Position numbers and translations under genes: made by a program | Source: Ulvibacterium sp. | GTDB lineage: Bacteria > Bacteroidota > Bacteroidia > Flavobacteriales > Flavobacteriaceae | NCBI RefSeq assembly: GCF_965228935.1 | Contig: NZ_OZ245846.1 | Coordinates: forward strand, 1,264,528 to 1,328,527 | Reading direction: 5' to 3' | Length of the DNA stretch: 64,000 nucleotides | The notes under the pieces: generated by a model | What the model saw: only the letters and a program-made list of their open reading frames with translations | What the model was told of the DNA's origin: nothing | The model's database searches: none | Part shown: positions 58,611 to 64,000 of the stretch, one piece after another | Layout: every line of letters starts with the position of its first letter | Numbering within the stretch: position 1 is the first letter of the stretch

Positions 58611-60974
58611 ATGAGAAGCCTTTTACTTATACATTTAAAATACCTCGTTAAGCGCAAGAGGGAATTCCTTTTGGTAGGATTCAGTTTGGTTTTGACCATT
58701 CTTCTGTTGAGCATTGCCCTTAGCCTACTCCGAATCATCGGACAGCCCTTTGATATCACCTTTACCAATCTTAAGGCGTCCGAAATTCTTTTGTTATTCG
58801 ATAATCGAAACGATGACAAGGATAAAATCACTCAATGGTTTTCCAAACAGGATGAGGTTTTGGGCGCGTCGGCACCAAGTCCCTATATTATGGTGAATGC
58901 ACCGCTCATTCATGGGGAAAGGGAAATAGACCTCAGCGTTCAGCTGACGGAACACAACACGGGCCACTTGACCCAGGACCAGACCCGGATTTTAAAGGGA
59001 GCGTCCAGGGAACATCCAGATCATGGAGAAATATGGCTCCCGAGTCACTTTGAAAGAAGTTTTGATCTACAATTGGGGGATACCCTTGGACTGAGCATAA
59101 ATGGAGCGTTACAGCAATTGAGAATTTCGGCATTTGTGGTAGACCCCCACTATTTGAGTGCTATTTTCAATCCTACCCGGGCCTGGGTCGCCCCGGGCGA
59201 ACTCCCCTTTTTGGCACCCCTTTCGGAATTGAACAACAACATGATGGGAATCAGGCTTAAGGACAAAAACCAGTTGGATGCTTTTTGGAAACGCTTCAAC
59301 GAAAATTTTGAGTACTCCGGCAAGAGCCTACAATACCCGCTTTTCAAAAGGGCTTTTACAAGCTTTTATACCTTGCTGAGCTCCGTTCTGATGATTTTTT
59401 CGGTCATGGGGCTTTTGATATCCCTTTTAATCATCAATCATACGATTTCAAGTCATGTTTTTTCGGACTACAAGCAAATAGGGGTACTAAAGGGTGTAGG
59501 ATTTACCCCTGGGAACATGGTTACCCTTTACCTCATGCAAATGAGCTTTCTTGCCTTGCTAGCCCTTCCCTTGGGTTTATTTGTTTCATGGTTTGTGGTT
59601 CGAGCTGTGGTCAACTGGATAACTGAACCTATGGGAATACCGGACTTTACCTACGATTTAACTACACCGGTCTTGGTCTCTTTTGGGATTACGCTCTTCT
59701 TGATTTTTGCAGTTTCCTTTTTTTCAGCTAGAAAAGCGGGTCTTGTAAAACCCGTAGAGGCCATTCGGAACTCTTTTCAACGAAAGGGAGGTCGCTCAAG
59801 AAAAGCATCCAAAGCCTTTTCTTCCTTATGGCTCCCGCTGTCCCTGTTATTGGGCGGACGTTTTTTAAACAGCCAAAGAAGAAACCTGGTTCTCATGGGA
59901 ATTAATATGGCGGGAATTGTATTTGTGGTCATTTTTTGTGTGAACATCGCCAATTCCTTTGACAAGATTCATACCGACCGAACTGCATGGGGTTTTGATA
60001 AAGCTGATGTGGTAGTCAATCGCAATAGCTCCGTCGTTTTGGCCCTTAAACATGGGCAATTGATGGAAATGCTCCGGAAATACAATAACAAAATACGAAC
60101 CATTACCCCATACAATTACACCAATCTTTTTCTGCTGTCCCAGGACAACAAAGCGGTAAAGGAAATACAGGGAAAGGTCTATTCCGGCACTATTTCCAAA
60201 ACGGGATTGGAAAACATCATAGGCAATCACCCTGTTTCGGACGATGAGATATCGCTCTGTATAGGAACCGCACAGGAATTTGGAAAACAAATTGGCGATG
60301 AGGTCGCTGTTTTTATCGAGGGGCAAAATAAAGTCTTTACCATAACGGGTATCTATCAGGATGTCGGGAATTTTGGACAGGGCTTTCGTTTGCAGGAAGA
60401 GGCATTATTGGCATTAAACCCACTATTTGAACCCCGATTTTATGGCTTGGAGCTATACCCCAATGTAGAACGGGACGAATTTAGATTACGGTTGGAGAAC
60501 CAATTTGGTGAAACCATCCGAACAGAGCTGGGCGTAGAAGAAAGAAAGTCTATGGTATCCATGGTTATGAATATACGAATAGCTGTTTTTACCATTTCCT
60601 TGTTTTTCGTTTTAGTGCTGGTCTTGATCATTTACAATGATCAGAACATCTATATCCAGCAGAATAAGATATCCTTTGTAAAACTCAAATCCCTTGGGTT
60701 TACGGTTAAGAACTTGAGAATGATATTGCTTTGGAAGACCCTCTTGAATTTGGTTTTGGGGATGTCTATTGGGATTCCCCTATCCCTATGGTTGGGCCCC
60801 AAAATTATGAACATCCTTACGGCCGATATTGGTTTGGTCCGTTTCCCTTTTATCCCTTCCCCAATAGGAATGATAGTGTCAATAGTAGTTCTTTTTGTCC
60901 TGGGCGCATTATCCGTATGGTTCGCTGCCGCTGCCCTACGAAAACTAAATTTTAGAATAATCTCCAACCTGTAA
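58611..60974 (+). CDS. ABC transporter permease with two FtsX-like domains (MacB-type exporter).
   Basis: 787 aa. Two transmembrane clusters with a large periplasmic domain between them. Follows the ATPase gene. Confidence 0.75.
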   Translation: MRSLLLIHLKYLVKRKREFLLVGFSLVLTILLLSIALSLLRIIGQPFDITFTNLKASEILLLFDNRNDDKDKITQWFSKQDEVLGASAPSPYIMVNAPLIHGEREIDLSVQLTEHNTGHLTQDQTRILKGASREHPDHGEIWLPSHFERSFDLQLGDTLGLSINGALQQLRISAFVVDPHYLSAIFNPTRAWVAPGELPFLAPLSELNNNMMGIRLKDKNQLDAFWKRFNENFEYSGKSLQYPLFKRAFTSFYTLLSSVLMIFSVMGLLISLLIINHTISSHVFSDYKQIGVLKGVGFTPGNMVTLYLMQMSFLALLALPLGLFVSWFVVRAVVNWITEPMGIPDFTYDLTTPVLVSFGITLFLIFAVSFFSARKAGLVKPVEAIRNSFQRKGGRSRKASKAFSSLWLPLSLLLGGRFLNSQRRNLVLMGINMAGIVFVVIFCVNIANSFDKIHTDRTAWGFDKADVVVNRNSSVVLALKHGQLMEMLRKYNNKIRTITPYNYTNLFLLSQDNKAVKEIQGKVYSGTISKTGLENIIGNHPVSDDEISLCIGTAQEFGKQIGDEVAVFIEGQNKVFTITGIYQDVGNFGQGFRLQEEALLALNPLFEPRFYGLELYPNVERDEFRLRLENQFGETIRTELGVEERKSMVSMVMNIRIAVFTISLFFVLVLVLIIYNDQNIYIQQNKISFVKLKSLGFTVKNLRMILLWKTLLNLVLGMSIGIPLSLWLGPKIMNILTADIGLVRFPFIPSPIGMIVSIVVLFVLGALSVWFAAAALRKLNFRIISNL

Positions 60975-60988
60975 AAATTGCCGTAATC

Positions 60989-62926
60989 ATGTTAAGAAGA
61001 ATACGAACATCAAAACACCTTTTTCTGGCAATGTCTTTTTTATGGGCAACCCACAATGGCAGTGCCCAAGAACTTCGGACGTTGGATCGTTATTTAAATG
61101 AAATCTATGAAAATCATGTAATTCCCGGGTTTTCCGTGGTTGTGGTCAATCCTAAGGGATACCTTTATGCAAAGGGGTTTGGAAAGGAGCGATTGGACCT
61201 ATCGGCACCTTTCACCAAAAAATCGGTGAACGCCATTGGGTCGCTTACAAAATCATTGACCGCAATGGGCATTATGCAATTGGTGGAACAAGGAGAACTA
61301 GAGTTGGATGCCCCGGTAGTCCAATATCTTCCTTGGTTTGGAACGGCCAACAAGGATATGAGCGATAAAATCACGGTTCGCATGTTGCTCAATAATACCA
61401 GCGGACTTCAGGCCAACCCGGAACCCATTTACGACCTTTCGGACAGGGCATTGGAAAAATTGGTGCAAGACCTAAAAAGTACTTTCATCACAACAGAACC
61501 TGGATTGGCATATGAATACAGCAATCTAGGATTTAGTGTTGCCGGTTATTTGTTAAGTGAGGTATCCGGGCTTCCTTATACGGAGTATCTGGATAAGCAA
61601 ATATTTGACCCCCTTGGTATGAAAAACACCTCTACGGATCCAGAGAAGTTTGATGCTTTAGGAGCATTGGAAGGGCATTATCATGGAATTGGACAGGCAT
61701 ACCCGGCGTTCAGGGAAAGGCAGTTTGAGTCCGGGGAATATATTCCTGCGGGATCATTTACCCGTTCTACCGCAGAGGACATTGGAAAATATCTGATTGC
61801 CTTACTTAACCAAGGGAAATATAGAGATGTTCAGGTGGTGTCCAGTGAAAGTATCGAGGCAATGTGGTCCCCGAACATCTCGTTTCCCGGACTGACGCTG
61901 GAAGAAGGCGGGGATGACAGACCCATACATTATGGGCTTGGGTGGATGATATCCGAAATTGAAGGCAGAAAAATTGTTCATCATGGGGGAAGCACAGGCA
62001 AGATGTCCTCCATGACCATGATCGATTTAACAAACCAAATTGCCGTATCAGTATTGGTCAACCTTGATCTGACCTTTATTGACCAATATCAGTATCCTAC
62101 TATATACCATATGGCAAACAACATACTTCATATGGCCACTGGAGGCTCGGCTACCTCCTTTGGAAGGCCGACCATAACCGACCCCTCACGCAATGATTTT
62201 GAACTAGAAGCGACGGATACCGAAAAATATCTAGGCGATTTCATTCAGATTGGAGGAGGGGATTTTTGGGTAAATTTTGGACTTGAGCTGCATATCAAGC
62301 GCCAAAGTGGTCAGGGTCTAGAAGCTGTAGTGACCCGGGGCAAGGATACCATAAACCATTTTAAATTGGATTTTGCCTCACCGTCGCTTGCAATCGGGCG
62401 CAATATGGCCATTCCTCAGAAGTTACAGTTTAAGCTAACCCCCGACGGAACGGTCAAAGGTCTTTTCTGTTTAGGTGCAGAATTTAGCAGAGTCAACAAA
62501 AAACGTATTCAAAATTACAGAACCGTACGTGTAAAAGGTTCTATAAATTTCTCAATACCCAAAACCTGGGAACTGCGGGAAACCTCCAATAGTTTTGTCA
62601 TCAGCGATCCGGAAAACCCCAGTATCCAAATACAGGGATATGTAAAAAGTTCAACCAAAAGTGGGAATACTAATGTTCGGTTCGATGCTATTTCGGATTC
62701 CGAATCCAATCAAAGCCCATGGTTCGGGCTACGGGCGGGACAGTCGGTTTGGAAACATCAAAGTGTCCTAAACCCAAAAAACGATGGGATACACACAACT
62801 TTTCTAAGTGAAATGGGCCATGTGCCTATTCATTTGGAGATTTCAACGAAAAGCGAGAATCACACGTTGACCCTTCAGCAGGTAATGGTGCCCCTGTTAA
62901 ACTCCCTGCAAGTTGAGAGCTATTGA
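60989..62926 (+). CDS. Beta-lactamase-family serine hydrolase with a C-terminal extension.
   Basis: Signal peptide. S-x-x-K active-site motif in AIGSLTKSL. YSN-like motif in EYSNLGFS. Confidence 0.7.
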   Translation: MLRRIRTSKHLFLAMSFLWATHNGSAQELRTLDRYLNEIYENHVIPGFSVVVVNPKGYLYAKGFGKERLDLSAPFTKKSVNAIGSLTKSLTAMGIMQLVEQGELELDAPVVQYLPWFGTANKDMSDKITVRMLLNNTSGLQANPEPIYDLSDRALEKLVQDLKSTFITTEPGLAYEYSNLGFSVAGYLLSEVSGLPYTEYLDKQIFDPLGMKNTSTDPEKFDALGALEGHYHGIGQAYPAFRERQFESGEYIPAGSFTRSTAEDIGKYLIALLNQGKYRDVQVVSSESIEAMWSPNISFPGLTLEEGGDDRPIHYGLGWMISEIEGRKIVHHGGSTGKMSSMTMIDLTNQIAVSVLVNLDLTFIDQYQYPTIYHMANNILHMATGGSATSFGRPTITDPSRNDFELEATDTEKYLGDFIQIGGGDFWVNFGLELHIKRQSGQGLEAVVTRGKDTINHFKLDFASPSLAIGRNMAIPQKLQFKLTPDGTVKGLFCLGAEFSRVNKKRIQNYRTVRVKGSINFSIPKTWELRETSNSFVISDPENPSIQIQGYVKSSTKSGNTNVRFDAISDSESNQSPWFGLRAGQSVWKHQSVLNPKNDGIHTTFLSEMGHVPIHLEISTKSENHTLTLQQVMVPLLNSLQVESY

Positions 62927-63297
62927 CCCATGAGTTCGGCAAGTTTACGTATGTAGGGTAGAGAGCGTTTGTTTTCTTCTGTGAACTTTTCAGCTTATCC
63001 GATCGGGATATCGGCAACGAATCTTTGCTGAATGCTTCTTTTTCTTCCAAGGAAAGTTGCTTCAAAATATCAATAGGAAAGATCCGTCTGTTAACCGAAT
63101 ACATTTCTTTTGATCGCAATCACAAGTGCTTTTAAAACACGGGATCTGCCAGACTTGAAACTTCCATTTTTGGAAGAGTTAAATCGACATCCATAAAAAA
63201 TAGTAATGCATTCCATAATAAATATAAATATAAATAAATACAAAAAAAGAATAACCTTTGTATCCAGTTTGTATAAACCCGTCAAAAAAAGATTAAA

Positions 63298-63606
63298 ATG
63301 GAAACAAAGGAATTGGGAAAAGCTAAAAAAACAGAACAAAAAATTCAATTGGTTAAAGGAGAGTTTACCCGATCCGAGGCTTCTTTTGTTGTAAATGCCC
63401 TTATCGACGAAAAAATCAATTTTCACAAAATTCAAAGGCTTCAAATCTGGGAAGGAGATCACGGACGTGAGACCGACCAACTTGATGGCCGTATCGCGGA
63501 GCTTGAGGAAGAAAAAAGAATCGTAAAGGAATTTATTAAAGAGGCTTCCAATTTGGGACACACCTTTAAAATAAATGGCACACTTGAAATCTCCATCAAC
63601 TCTTAA
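63298..63606 (+). CDS. Hypothetical 102-aa charged protein. Preferred over the overlapping 183-aa low-complexity minus-strand ORF.
   Basis: Composition only. Confidence 0.25.
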   Translation: METKELGKAKKTEQKIQLVKGEFTRSEASFVVNALIDEKINFHKIQRLQIWEGDHGRETDQLDGRIAELEEEKRIVKEFIKEASNLGHTFKINGTLEISINS

Positions 63607-63670
63607 TACCGTTTCGGGAATCCCAATTAAAGCACTTAACAAGAATTGTAGTAAACTTTAAAAATTTAAA

Positions 63671-63940
63671 ATGCAGCTGAAAAAGAAAATTTTTTTACCA
63701 ATTTTAGGCATGGTTTTTCTGGTACTTTTGAACCTGATTTCCTTTATTAACGGAGCTCTTTTCCTGGATAAGCTCTTGGCCTGCAGTTTTATTCTGACCA
63801 TTGTTTTTGTAGGCAGAATCCGTGAAAGCCTGGCTCAACCTTCGTTAAAGGAGAAGACCAAGAAAGTTGAACGTCCAAGCTATGGGGAATCCCATACCCT
63901 CTTGCCAGAAGGGCAGTATAGTGCCGTTCGGTCAAGATAA
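63671..63940 (+). CDS. Small hypothetical membrane protein.
   Basis: 89-aa ORF with hydrophobic N-terminal segments. Confidence 0.3.
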   Translation: MQLKKKIFLPILGMVFLVLLNLISFINGALFLDKLLACSFILTIVFVGRIRESLAQPSLKEKTKKVERPSYGESHTLLPEGQYSAVRSR

Positions 63941-64000
63941 AAGCGTACCTGTGCATCTCAAAGACGGGAATCATGGAACCAAAAAAGGAGGCGAATTTCG

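Noticed and set aside
63091-63642. 183-aa minus-strand ORF at the window end.
   Set aside because: The translation is low-complexity and Phe/Leu-rich from AT-rich DNA. The overlapping 102-aa plus-strand ORF looks more protein-like, and both have low confidence.
1-64000. Scanned for CRISPR arrays, rRNA genes and IS-element terminal inverted repeats.
   Set aside because: No regularly spaced short repeats with unique spacers were seen, no rRNA-like conserved stretches, and no transposase ORFs. The only repeats seen are those reported above.

Overview
This 64-kb window looks like a Bacteroidetes/Flavobacteriia-type chromosome, and it splits into three parts.

**1 to about 23.3 kb: integrative mobilizable element.** This segment is AT-rich, around 30-35 % GC by eye. 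It appears to be the right-hand portion of an integrative mobilizable element. At its right end sit a tyrosine integrase (21959-23203, minus strand) and a GC-richer non-coding segment that may hold the attachment site or a structured RNA. It carries a mobA-mobB-mobC mobilization operon (8533 down to 5578, minus) with a GC-rich hairpin region upstream that could be oriT. It also carries an excisionase-like helix-turn-helix (HTH) gene and apparent defence cargo:
- a Fic/DOC protein;
- an FRG-domain protein;
- a tight four-gene plus-strand operon of unknown function (266-3701) that includes a possible HEPN motif;
- a tightly coupled four-gene minus-strand operon (17214 down to 9138) ending in a large SF2 DEAH-type helicase (1240 aa) followed by a Cys-rich DUF1998-like protein.

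The helicase/DUF1998 pair resembles DISARM DrmA/DrmB, but no PLD nuclease or methyltransferase partner is visible. I consider this operon the best candidate for an undescribed defence system in the window.

**About 24 to 38.4 kb: stress-membrane locus.**
- A PAP2 phosphatase.
- An SF1 (Upf1-like) helicase paired with an XRE regulator.
- A plus-strand operon of YjfI/YbjN-like protein, PspA/IM30, NfeD-like membrane protein with an acidic DxD repeat, flotillin/SPFH protein, a small lipoyl/biotinyl-like protein, and a 1658-aa protein with a C-terminal MoxR-like AAA+ module.
- The last roughly 150-170 bp of the giant gene, plus sequence past its stop codon, is duplicated as a degenerate copy at about 24.9 kb. 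This points to a past rearrangement or cassette exchange.

**38.5 to 57.7 kb: nitrate/nitrite assimilation island.**
- A rubredoxin-domain protein.
- A fused assimilatory nitrate reductase (NasA plus NAD(P)H/FAD and BFD domains).
- A NarL-family response regulator.
- An alginate-export-like porin.
- The nrtABCD nitrate ABC transporter.
- cobA (siroheme synthesis).
- nirBD.
- A NarX-like sensor kinase.

Tandem TACGTA-containing repeats recur in the promoter regions of this island and look like a regulon operator.

**57.8 kb to the end.** The window ends with an AraC regulator, a MacB/FtsX-type ABC exporter pair, a beta-lactamase-family serine hydrolase and small hypothetical ORFs.

No rRNA, confident tRNA or CRISPR array was seen. 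All calls rest on motif recognition by eye and on gene order, not on searches.
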